This document shows, piece after piece, positions 15,130-22,780 of a stretch of DNA of 40,860 bases. Origin of the DNA: a virus (lineage: Duplodnaviria > Caudoviricetes); the IMG/VR virus record IMGVR_UViG_3300037851_000100, positions 1-40,860 of that record. One strand, written 5' to 3'. Position numbers and translations under genes: made by a program. The notes under the pieces are model-generated. The model ran no database searches and was not told the DNA's origin. It worked only from the letters and a program-made list of their open reading frames with translations. Numbering within the stretch: position 1 is the first letter of the stretch; each line of letters begins with the position of its first letter.

Positions 15130-15369
15130 TTAGGTTCTCGCGCCGTAGTGCTGCGCCATGCCCTTGCGGCCTTCGCTGCGGCCAGGCTCGCGCATCAACG
15201 CGAGCTCGCCGAAAGTGCCGCAGGTGCAGCGATCAATCCACTCGCGAGCCTCTGCCTGCCCTGCAAAATGCAGCGCACGCGCAGGGTCGCGGGTAAACGT
15301 CGGATGACCGGCCTCGATGCCTGCCACGAGCAGCGAGCGGTCGCGTCCGTGTATGACGCGCCAGGGCAT
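15130..15369 (-). CDS. Hypothetical protein
   Basis: TAATG coupling to upstream xis-like gene; FTRDPARALHFAGQAEAREWI. Confidence 0.65.
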   Translation of the reverse strand: MPWRVIHGRDRSLLVAGIEAGHPTFTRDPARALHFAGQAEAREWIDRCTCGTFGELALMREPGRSEGRKGMAQHYGART

Positions 15370-15572
15370 TACGCTGCGACGCTCTTAGCCTTGTACGGCT
15401 CGAGGTTTGGCTGCGCCTCGTGGGCGTAGCGCGTCACTTCCTCGTGCGTGAGAAACGGTTGCGACCCGTCATAGACCGGCGTCAACCGGCCTTCGCTGAT
15501 GCGGCGGTAGATCTTAGCCTTGGAAATTCCGAGGACTTCGGCGGCCTCGGCGTAGCGGTATCGAAGTTTCAT
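15369..15572 (-). CDS. Excisionase/AlpA-like HTH protein
   Basis: MKLRYRYAEAAEVLGISKAKIYRRISEGRLTPVYDGSQPFLTHEEVTRY. Confidence 0.85.
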   Translation of the reverse strand: MKLRYRYAEAAEVLGISKAKIYRRISEGRLTPVYDGSQPFLTHEEVTRYAHEAQPNLEPYKAKSVAA

Positions 15573-16023
15573 GCCCGGTCCCTCGTGGAGTGTCGGGCAT
15601 GAATTAGATAGCACTACATTGCGCCAGTCAGGTGCGACAATCGGGGGCAAATACGGCACCAGCGCGGCCGAGACATTCGACCCGCGGCGGTTCACCGGAG
15701 GACATTGCCGACGGGCGGCTCTTGCGGCTGCATATTGCCAAGCTGTCGCACGGCAAGCGGCCGGCGGCGCCTCGTGGTGCAGGCGATCAGGGGCGAAGCA
15801 TGAGCAATTGTTGGGATTGTTACATCGCGCGCACGGGTAGAGGAGAAATTAACCCTCTCTTACTCCCAACCGGTGCAACAAAGCCCCGACGCACTCACGC
15901 GCGCAAGGGAACTTTCTCAACAATTCACAGGCTGGGGGCATATCACGACGCTGGCCGTCTACAGGCTGCTGACCGACTCCACCCTCGAGCTGCCATAAAC
16001 CGTAACAACCGGAGGTCTTCGCA

Positions 16024-16230
16024 ATGAACCTGAGTCCACAACTGGCCGAACTGGCCGAGATGCTGAAGGCGATCCGCGATGCTGCGGTGGACGCCGCAGG
16101 CCTGGCCGACGATGCCGACCCAGGCACCGCGAGGCGTGGCTTCGCGACCCTGGCGGCCAGCATCGGCCGGGCACAGCACCATCTCGACTTCCTGATCCAC
16201 CTGGCCGAAGGAAACGACCATGCAAATTGA
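16024..16230 (+). CDS. Hypothetical protein
   Basis: GGAGG RBS; overlaps next gene. Confidence 0.65.
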   Translation: MNLSPQLAELAEMLKAIRDAAVDAAGLADDADPGTARRGFATLAASIGRAQHHLDFLIHLAEGNDHAN

Positions 16231-16663
16231 CGTGAAGGTGGACCTTACGGCAGTCATGCGCCGCCTGGACCTGCTGCCGAATCAGATCCTAGGCGCTGCT
16301 GCGGCGGCCTTAAACGACACGGCCAACAGCGTGCGAGGTGCGGCGGTCAAGGCGATTGCGGCTGAGACGGGCGAGAAGCAAACCGACATCCGCTCACGGC
16401 TGTGGATCAAGCGCGCCACCCGCACGGGACTCATTGCCGAGGTGGGCGCAGTGGAACCAGGCACCGACCGGGCGACGCAGGCCTACGCCACGTCGGGGTC
16501 GGCGCTGTACTCGCAGCACGCTCGCTCAAACTTCCACCTGGCTCGCCCCAAGCTCGCCGATGCCGCGGCGGCCGTGCGCCTTTCCGAACGCCAATTGCGC
16601 GACCGACGCAAACGCATGGGACTGAAAAAGCGGAAGTCTGTCAGACCGCCGCCAGCGAAATAA
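16220..16663 (+). CDS. Truncated gpZ-like paralogue fused to an HTH-like basic tail
   Basis: MQIDVKVDL...AAAAALNDTA...AIAAETGEKQTDIR...RATRTGLIAEV aligns with 36777-37295; tail PKLADAAAAVRLSERQLRDRRKRMG. Confidence 0.7.
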   Translation: MQIDVKVDLTAVMRRLDLLPNQILGAAAAALNDTANSVRGAAVKAIAAETGEKQTDIRSRLWIKRATRTGLIAEVGAVEPGTDRATQAYATSGSALYSQHARSNFHLARPKLADAAAAVRLSERQLRDRRKRMGLKKRKSVRPPPAK

Positions 16664-16727
16664 ACAATACGCCATGCTTCCCCCTGCCGAGCCGCACAAC
16701 GCGGCGCAGACAGTGGAGAAGCGAAAC

Positions 16728-16994
16728 ATGGCGATGCGACCAATCCGCGGTTACGAGGCCCGTGACCGCTACCCCGCGACCGAATACCAGTTGCGGCACC
16801 TGTTCCGGAACCGCGACAAGAATGGCCTTGCACCTGCGTTCGCGCAGGTAGGGGTCCGCGTTCTATTCGACCCCGAACGCATGGACCAGTTGCTCGCGAC
16901 GCAAGTCCGGGGAGGGGTCGGTCACTGTGACGGCCCACGCCTGCAATGCGCGCAGCCGGGCGCTCACCTCGTCGCATCGGTCTCCGACGAGTAA
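16728..16994 (+). CDS. AlpA/excisionase-like DNA-binding protein
   Basis: TEYQLRHLFRNRDKNGLAPAFAQVGVRVLFDPERMDQLL; GGAGA RBS. Confidence 0.7.
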   Translation: MAMRPIRGYEARDRYPATEYQLRHLFRNRDKNGLAPAFAQVGVRVLFDPERMDQLLATQVRGGVGHCDGPRLQCAQPGAHLVASVSDE

Positions 16995-17405
16995 AACGGG
17001 TCCAGTATCAAAAGCAACGCTTTCCGAAACGCTCCCGGTTTCGGCGGCGGGACCATCAGGTCCGCGGGCGGCTGTTCCGGGGGCTGGCACACGTCGGGCT
17101 GGCTTGCACACCCGGATAACCCGAGACTCAGGCAAAGGACGGCTGCGGATCTGTTCCAGTTCATCGAGATACCCCCGGCTGGCGGCCTGCGCGGCCCGCC
17201 AGTTTTGCTCCATCCGCGCCAGGCGCGACTCGTACTCCCGCGCCGCGTCCTCGGCCTCTGCCGTGACCGTGGCGAGGCGCACGTAGCCAGCCCACCAGAC
17301 CGTCACCCGCCACGCGAACGCGGCCACAGCGAGCCCTGCGAGCGCCCAGGCGAGCCATTTCCACGGGACCGCCTTGAGCACCTCCAGCCACGCCAGCGGG
17401 ATCAT
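16863..17405 (-). CDS. rz: i-spanin (Rz-like)
   Basis: N-terminal TM, coiled coil, C-terminal RLRALQAW; after endolysin/holin; contains nested lipoprotein gene. Confidence 0.8.
   Translation of the reverse strand: MIPLAWLEVLKAVPWKWLAWALAGLAVAAFAWRVTVWWAGYVRLATVTAEAEDAAREYESRLARMEQNWRAAQAASRGYLDELEQIRSRPLPESRVIRVCKPARRVPAPGTAARGPDGPAAETGSVSESVAFDTGPVLLVGDRCDEVSARLRALQAWAVTVTDPSPDLRREQLVHAFGVE
16964..17164 (-). CDS. rz1: o-spanin (Rz1-like lipoprotein) embedded in Rz
   Basis: Lipobox LSG-C, Pro-rich CQPPEQPPADLMVPPP. Confidence 0.85.
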   Translation of the reverse strand: MNWNRSAAVLCLSLGLSGCASQPDVCQPPEQPPADLMVPPPKPGAFRKALLLILDPFYSSETDATR

Positions 17406-17575
17406 GCCGCCCGCCCGGCGATCAGGTGCAGCACCCGGCCGATGGACAGCTCGGCCGAGGCGATCTCGCGGACGGCCACGGCCCGGAGTTCCAGGCTGAC
17501 GGCATGGGCCAGGTCCTCCCGCGCCCGCGCCAGGGCCGCCAGTGCGGCCCGCAGCTCAACCTCGATCGTTGCCAT
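17402..17575 (-). CDS. Small hypothetical protein in lysis cassette
   Basis: MATIEVELRAALAALARARE...; ATGA overlap with Rz. Confidence 0.55.
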   Translation of the reverse strand: MATIEVELRAALAALARAREDLAHAVSLELRAVAVREIASAELSIGRVLHLIAGRAA

Positions 17576-17789
17576 CGCGGTACAGCGTCTTTTGCGGCAT
17601 CGCCGCATTGAGCACGCCGATCAGCAGCAGGCCGCCCTGCATGAGCGCCTCGCCCTTGCTTGAGCCGTCGAGTTCCGCCCAGCCGAGCGCCGAGACGATC
17701 AGGACGAGTCCTTTCCAGGTCGATGGCTCCTGCAGCCGGGCGAGCAGGTAGCGGCCCGCCGCTTCGAGACGGTCACGGATGGTCATCAT
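17556..17789 (-). CDS. Holin-like two-TM protein
   Basis: YLLARLQEPSTWKGLVLIVSALG...GGLLLIGVLNAA; follows endolysin. Confidence 0.75.
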   Translation of the reverse strand: MMTIRDRLEAAGRYLLARLQEPSTWKGLVLIVSALGWAELDGSSKGEALMQGGLLLIGVLNAAMPQKTLYRDGNDRG

Positions 17790-18244
17790 TTGTAGATCCC
17801 CCTCGGTAGCTCGAAATGCGGCGCGTCGATGTACGCGCGCTTGCCGGCCAGGCGCGCACTGGCCGCATAGTCCGCGACGAGCTGCGCTGGCGTCTTGTCG
17901 GTCGTGTCGAGCCGCAGCCAGCAGCCGCCCCACCGGATCGGGATGGCCCGTGCTTTCGAGGCGCGCTGCATCGCGGCGGCGACCGAATAGTACAAACCCA
18001 TGTCCCATCTGATCTCACCGAGCCACGCGGCGAGGTCCACGGCGTGCCCGGTCAGGTGCCGGGAATCCATCGTCTGCGATGCGCCGGCCGCGACGAGTAC
18101 CGCCTGACGCTCAATCGAGCGCAGGCCCTCGATGACCACGAAATCGACGGTGGTCTCCTTAAGCGCCTCGGTCACGACCCGCACCAGGTCCGGATGCACG
18201 CCCGCGAGATTGCGCAGGCTGCGTCGGGACAGCCGGTAGCTCAC
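17786..18244 (-). CDS. Endolysin, M15 family L-Ala-D-Glu peptidase
   Basis: LAGVHPDLVRVV...EGLRSIERQ...SRHLTGHAVD...IRWGG...DAPHFEL. Confidence 0.95.
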   Translation of the reverse strand: MSYRLSRRSLRNLAGVHPDLVRVVTEALKETTVDFVVIEGLRSIERQAVLVAAGASQTMDSRHLTGHAVDLAAWLGEIRWDMGLYYSVAAAMQRASKARAIPIRWGGCWLRLDTTDKTPAQLVADYAASARLAGKRAYIDAPHFELPRGIYK

Positions 18245-18522
18245 GGATGCTCACCCCGCAGCTCGTCCTCGATGTGCGCGTCGATCTTCGCGAGCGCCCG
18301 CAAGACGCCCTCTTGACGCTGCTCCACAATCGTCAGCCGCCGGTCGAGGATCGCGTGCGCCTCGCTGTTGAGGTTGAACTGCCGCTCCATCTGCTCGACG
18401 ATCCGGTCAATGCGATTGACGGCCATTTGACCGTAGGCTGCGACCACGGCCGCCCATGAGCCAAAAGCGAGGATCAGCAGCTTGCGCTCCCAGGTATGCA
18501 GGGCGGTTTCGTCGGCGTCCAT
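18241..18522 (-). CDS. Single-TM coiled-coil protein (holin/antiholin-like)
   Basis: LLILAFGSWAAVVAAYG then coiled coil; directly upstream of endolysin. Confidence 0.65.
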   Translation of the reverse strand: MDADETALHTWERKLLILAFGSWAAVVAAYGQMAVNRIDRIVEQMERQFNLNSEAHAILDRRLTIVEQRQEGVLRALAKIDAHIEDELRGEHP

Positions 18523-18530
18523 GTGGGGCC

Positions 18531-21500
18531 TCACGCGGTCCGGATGATGGTGATGTCGATGTCGCGTGTCGCGGTGAGCGGCGTCGGCGAGGTGGAATCC
18601 GTCGCCGTGACCCGGAAGGTCGCGGTGCGCTCCTCCTCGATCGCCATGCCGGCCGCGTTGAATTGCGTCGCGGCCCAACTCGGCGCGGCCGCCGTGATGC
18701 CCGAGCCGGATTGCAGCGTCCACGCATAGGTGTACGGCTCGGTCCCTCCGCTCGGCGTGGCCGTCGTCGTGCCCGTGGTAATCGAGGATTTCGTGCCCGT
18801 CTTGAACAGCGACGTCGGGCTCAGGGTTACGACCATGCCCTGCCGAGTGATGGTGACGGTCACGTCCACGGTGGCCGTCGCGGTCGCCGAGTCGGTCGCG
18901 GTGCAGCGCATGGTGGCCGAGCGCACCTCGCCGTCCGTCATGCCCGTTGCCTGAAACGTCGTGGCGGCCGAGGACGCGCTCACCGCCGAGATCGAACCGC
19001 CGGAGACTTTGGTCCAGGCATACGAGTACCCGCCCGCACCGCCGGTCGCGGAGGCCGTCACGGTCGCGGTCGTGATCGTGCTCGCGTCCTCGGTTTTCGA
19101 CACCGAGGTCGGACTGGCCGTGATGCCGAGCGTGCTCGTCGTGTTGCTGCAGGAAACCGTGACGTCGAAGGTGTACGTGGAATTCACGGTCACGCGGAAC
19201 ACCGCTTCGACCGTCGCGCCGGCCGCCACGCCAGTTGCGCTGAAAGTCGTGGTCGCCGCACTCGCGCTGTCGACGCTGATCGCCGTGGAGCCCGACTGCC
19301 GCACCCACGAATAGGTGGAGCCCGTCCCGCCGACGAGCGAGGCCGTCACGCTCGATGTCGTCATCGAGGAACTGGCCGCCGACTTCGACACCGACGACGG
19401 CGTGACGACGGCATAGGTGCCGCTGACCGCCGCGGCGGCCGCCGGCAGGCCCGTGGTCGAGGGCGTGGTCGTGGAGTAGATCGTCGCGCCGGTGCTGGTG
19501 CGGCGCCGGGCGCGCACCCAGACATAGACCGTCGTGGTGTTCGGGCGCGGCAGGAAAAACCCGGTCGCGGCCCCTTCGACGCGCTTCACGGCGCTGGAGA
19601 ACGGTGTCGCGGCCGTGTGCTCCCAGACCTCGAAGATCGTGTCCGGTGGCGTCCCCGTCGCCGGCGTCAGCGTGACCGAATAGCCGCTGGTGCCGTTGGT
19701 GATGTCGACGTCGGCCGGCGGCGGCAGCGTGTCGCTATCATTCGTCGCGGTCTCGGGCGCCGGTACGTACTGAATGCGCTGACACGAATAGGACAGGTCG
19801 AGCGCCGAGATCACGCTCGGCTCCTCGACGTAGCCGACGAAAGGCCCGGTGCCGGACTTGAACACCTCGACCGCCGTGCCGGTAAGCGCCTGGTTGTAGG
19901 ACGGCAGGCCCACCGTGCCGGTGCGCGCCACGAAGCGCCCCGCGAGATCCGGGACGGAGAGCAGCCCGCCGTCGATCAGGCACAGATACGAGCCCGGCCC
20001 GCCCGCACCGCCGGCGCCCGGATACAGCTTGATCAGCTTCGAGCGGCTGCCGTCCTCCTTGGTGACTTCGTGCGCGGTGGGCGCCGTCGTCGAGAGGCCG
20101 TTGAGCGTGATCTGCGCATTGGCACCGAGGCCGAAACCGCGCGACACCGTGCACAGCCCTGCCCCGCCGGCCGCGCCCGTGCCGCCGGATTTCCAGAACG
20201 TGCGCGACCACGAGAAGATCGACACGTCGCTGCGCACGACCTTGCCGCCCGGCCCGCCGCCCGTGCCGCGCAGATCCGTCGGCAGGCCCTTGAGCGTGGT
20301 GCCGGACACCTCGAGCGCCAGGTACGGAAAGCTCGCGTGCTTCGCCCCCGTCACCAGCGGCGCCATCGAGCCGTAGCCGGTTTTCTCGAAGGTGCACTTA
20401 GTGACGTTGCAGCCTTCCTGGCCGCGTGAGTTCCCGACCCAGCCGGCATTGCCGGTGAGCAAAGTCGTGGCGCTCGAGTTGTCCGCCACGCCCGCGAGCC
20501 CGCCGCCGGTGCCGAGGATCTTGCCGTTGAGCGTCAGATAGCCCTTGACGCGAAGTTGCACGTTGCCGGTGATGTTGATCGTCACCGACTCGGGGATCGT
20601 CAGATCGCCGTCGTAATACCAGACCGAGCCCGAGGCGGTGAGGTCCGTGGTGCCGTTCAGCGTGTACGGTCCGCCCGAAACGACACCGCTGGCAATGGTC
20701 ATCACCGAGGTCAGATTCGTGCCGAGCGCGGTGTAAAAGCCGTCCGGCAACGCGGTCGTGCTGGTGGTCGGCGTGTCCACCGCCGCCTGGCTCGTCGAGC
20801 CGAACAGGTTGAGCGCCACGGCGCCCGTGCGGTGATTGACCGACACGGACTGCACCTCGAACGCGCGATCAATGATTTCCTCGGCCCCCGCGTAGTCGCG
20901 CAGGCAGCGGTGATTGACGCGCACTACGTCGCCCACCTCGATGCGGTTCAGCGAGTGCAACACATCGACGCGCAGCCGGCACGGCGGCGCGCTGTAGCGG
21001 TCGCGGATCGAGTCCAGGAGCTTGAAGATCAGGCCGTCCGTGTGCCGGCCGCCGAACAGGCCCTTGAACTTGAGGTCCATCGTGCTCGCACGACCGTGCA
21101 CGCCCGCGCTGTCGGCGTCGAGATAGGTCGTGGTGCGCGTGAAGTCCTTGCCGTTGAAATTCCAGTGGACCGCGAAGGCGTTGTGCAGCGACTCCATGTC
21201 GTGTTCGAGGTCGCCCACCGTGACGCTGTTGGACTCGTCGAGCGTCACGACGCCGGAGGCGTCGGCGAGCACGCGCGTCATGCGCCGCAGGCCGAGCGTG
21301 CCGTCCGAGTAGACCGGCATGTACAGGCCGAGCAGCCGCAGGATCTCGGTCTCGATGAACGCCTTGCCGTCGGTCTTGCCCAGGCCCTCGAAGCGCAGCA
21401 CCACGCCCGCCGCGTCATCCGTCGTGTCCCACTGATCCTTGCCGAGCCCGGTGAAATCCGCCGTCTTGACCAGCGAGGTTGAAATGCCGAGGTGCCAACC

Positions 21501-22325
21501 GGTCGGCAGCGTCGCCGAGTCGCCGTACAGCTCGCCGGTCAGGATCGCATAGGCCAGCTTCGCGCCCGGCAGCTCGAGGTAGACGTACTCGCTGACTTTC
21601 TCGCGCCGCGCGGCGGGTGTTGCGCCATCGGCGACGTAACGCGCAGCCGCGGTGCCGAGCACGCCGCGCGTGCAGCCGGTGAAACTGGTGGAGGTGCTGC
21701 CGGTGTAGCGGATCACCTCGTCCTTGATTTTGAGGTATCCGACCGTCGAGGACGCGGCGTCCGTGTAGCTCGTGCCGTGCTTGAGCTTCGCGAAGCCGGC
21801 CGTCGAGTTGACGTAGATCGTCGTATCCGCCGCCTCCACGGTCGAAGCGATCGTCGTCGTCACCAGGTCGAAGATGTCCTTGCGCGTCGAACGCTGGATG
21901 TCATTACAGGTGATGCGGTACGCGCCCTTGTCGTAACTCGCCTCCTTGACGATCTGTGTGCCCACGAGCACGAAATCGGCCCACTCGAGGCCCTGGTAGC
22001 CGAGGTAAAAGCGACAGGTGCGGGAGCGCAAGCCCTGGCCAGCGGTGAGCAAGTCGCGGATCTGCGCGGTGAATGCGCCGGAACGATCGGCCACCATGAA
22101 GCTCGCGGCCCCGATCTCGGCGCGGCCCTGGTCGGGATTGAGCTTCTGCGAGCTGATCGACGGCTCGATGAGGCACGCTTCGAGATGCGTGGTCGGGACG
22201 CCTGTGATGTCGTCGTGGCTGGAGAGGTAGAGGGAGGAGCCGCTGAATTCGATCTTGACGACGAATCGCGGCGACTTCGCGGCGGCCTGATTCTGCAGCG
22301 CGAACGCCGTCGGGTCCGCTCTCAC
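18531..22325 (-). CDS. Tail tip hub/central fibre with three C-terminal Ig/PKD-like repeats
   Basis: 1264 aa, two genes after tape measure; FTGCTRG motif, IEVGDVVRV OB motif, Gly-rich region, 3x ~95-aa repeats (GG..Y(S/T)YAW). Confidence 0.85.
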   Translation of the reverse strand: MRADPTAFALQNQAAAKSPRFVVKIEFSGSSLYLSSHDDITGVPTTHLEACLIEPSISSQKLNPDQGRAEIGAASFMVADRSGAFTAQIRDLLTAGQGLRSRTCRFYLGYQGLEWADFVLVGTQIVKEASYDKGAYRITCNDIQRSTRKDIFDLVTTTIASTVEAADTTIYVNSTAGFAKLKHGTSYTDAASSTVGYLKIKDEVIRYTGSTSTSFTGCTRGVLGTAAARYVADGATPAARREKVSEYVYLELPGAKLAYAILTGELYGDSATLPTGWHLGISTSLVKTADFTGLGKDQWDTTDDAAGVVLRFEGLGKTDGKAFIETEILRLLGLYMPVYSDGTLGLRRMTRVLADASGVVTLDESNSVTVGDLEHDMESLHNAFAVHWNFNGKDFTRTTTYLDADSAGVHGRASTMDLKFKGLFGGRHTDGLIFKLLDSIRDRYSAPPCRLRVDVLHSLNRIEVGDVVRVNHRCLRDYAGAEEIIDRAFEVQSVSVNHRTGAVALNLFGSTSQAAVDTPTTSTTALPDGFYTALGTNLTSVMTIASGVVSGGPYTLNGTTDLTASGSVWYYDGDLTIPESVTINITGNVQLRVKGYLTLNGKILGTGGGLAGVADNSSATTLLTGNAGWVGNSRGQEGCNVTKCTFEKTGYGSMAPLVTGAKHASFPYLALEVSGTTLKGLPTDLRGTGGGPGGKVVRSDVSIFSWSRTFWKSGGTGAAGGAGLCTVSRGFGLGANAQITLNGLSTTAPTAHEVTKEDGSRSKLIKLYPGAGGAGGPGSYLCLIDGGLLSVPDLAGRFVARTGTVGLPSYNQALTGTAVEVFKSGTGPFVGYVEEPSVISALDLSYSCQRIQYVPAPETATNDSDTLPPPADVDITNGTSGYSVTLTPATGTPPDTIFEVWEHTAATPFSSAVKRVEGAATGFFLPRPNTTTVYVWVRARRRTSTGATIYSTTTPSTTGLPAAAAAVSGTYAVVTPSSVSKSAASSSMTTSSVTASLVGGTGSTYSWVRQSGSTAISVDSASAATTTFSATGVAAGATVEAVFRVTVNSTYTFDVTVSCSNTTSTLGITASPTSVSKTEDASTITTATVTASATGGAGGYSYAWTKVSGGSISAVSASSAATTFQATGMTDGEVRSATMRCTATDSATATATVDVTVTITRQGMVVTLSPTSLFKTGTKSSITTGTTTATPSGGTEPYTYAWTLQSGSGITAAAPSWAATQFNAAGMAIEEERTATFRVTATDSTSPTPLTATRDIDITIIRTA

Positions 22326-22780
22326 GGCTGCTCGACCACGCCGAAATTGATCTGGTAGACGTCATCCGCGCCGCCGGTCCCGCTGCCGATCAGGCGCGCG
22401 AGCGACCAGCCCTCGCTCGTGAGCACGCAGGTCGCGGCCTCCGCGACGCGGAACCGCTGCACCGTGAAGTCGAGATCCAGTGACGGGCCGATCTCGTAGC
22501 GCCACGGCTCGAAGGTGAATTCCTCGCCGCCCTCCACGCTCGCCAGGAACTCGATCACCTGGTCGATCTCGTGCGCCTCGAGCGGCCCGGTCGTGACCTG
22601 CCAGGTGCGCAGCCCGTAGTGGTGCAGGGTCTCGCGATGGCCGCCCAATGCCTTCTGCACGTCGCGCGAGACGTCGCGGCCCGGTGTCAACTCCGAGGCC
22701 GAAAACGAGATGGTCACGTCCTCGCCGGAAGCGTGCAGGCCGGTAAGCTCGCGGCTCGCGGTGTAACTGACCCGGATCAT
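22322..22780 (-). CDS. Distal tail protein (Dit-like)
   Basis: Size and position between tape measure and hub. Confidence 0.65.
   Translation of the reverse strand: MIRVSYTASRELTGLHASGEDVTISFSASELTPGRDVSRDVQKALGGHRETLHHYGLRTWQVTTGPLEAHEIDQVIEFLASVEGGEEFTFEPWRYEIGPSLDLDFTVQRFRVAEAATCVLTSEGWSLARLIGSGTGGADDVYQINFGVVEQP

Noticed and set aside
14848-15429. 193-aa CDS
   Set aside because: Only RRYLVTLEPATAEAARQIGGGNLSGGI looks like a small RHH-type fragment; no good start, and the rest is antisense to other features
13439-16994. Intact integrated satellite
   Set aside because: No integrase, primase/helicase or flanking att duplication; modules are in mixed orientation
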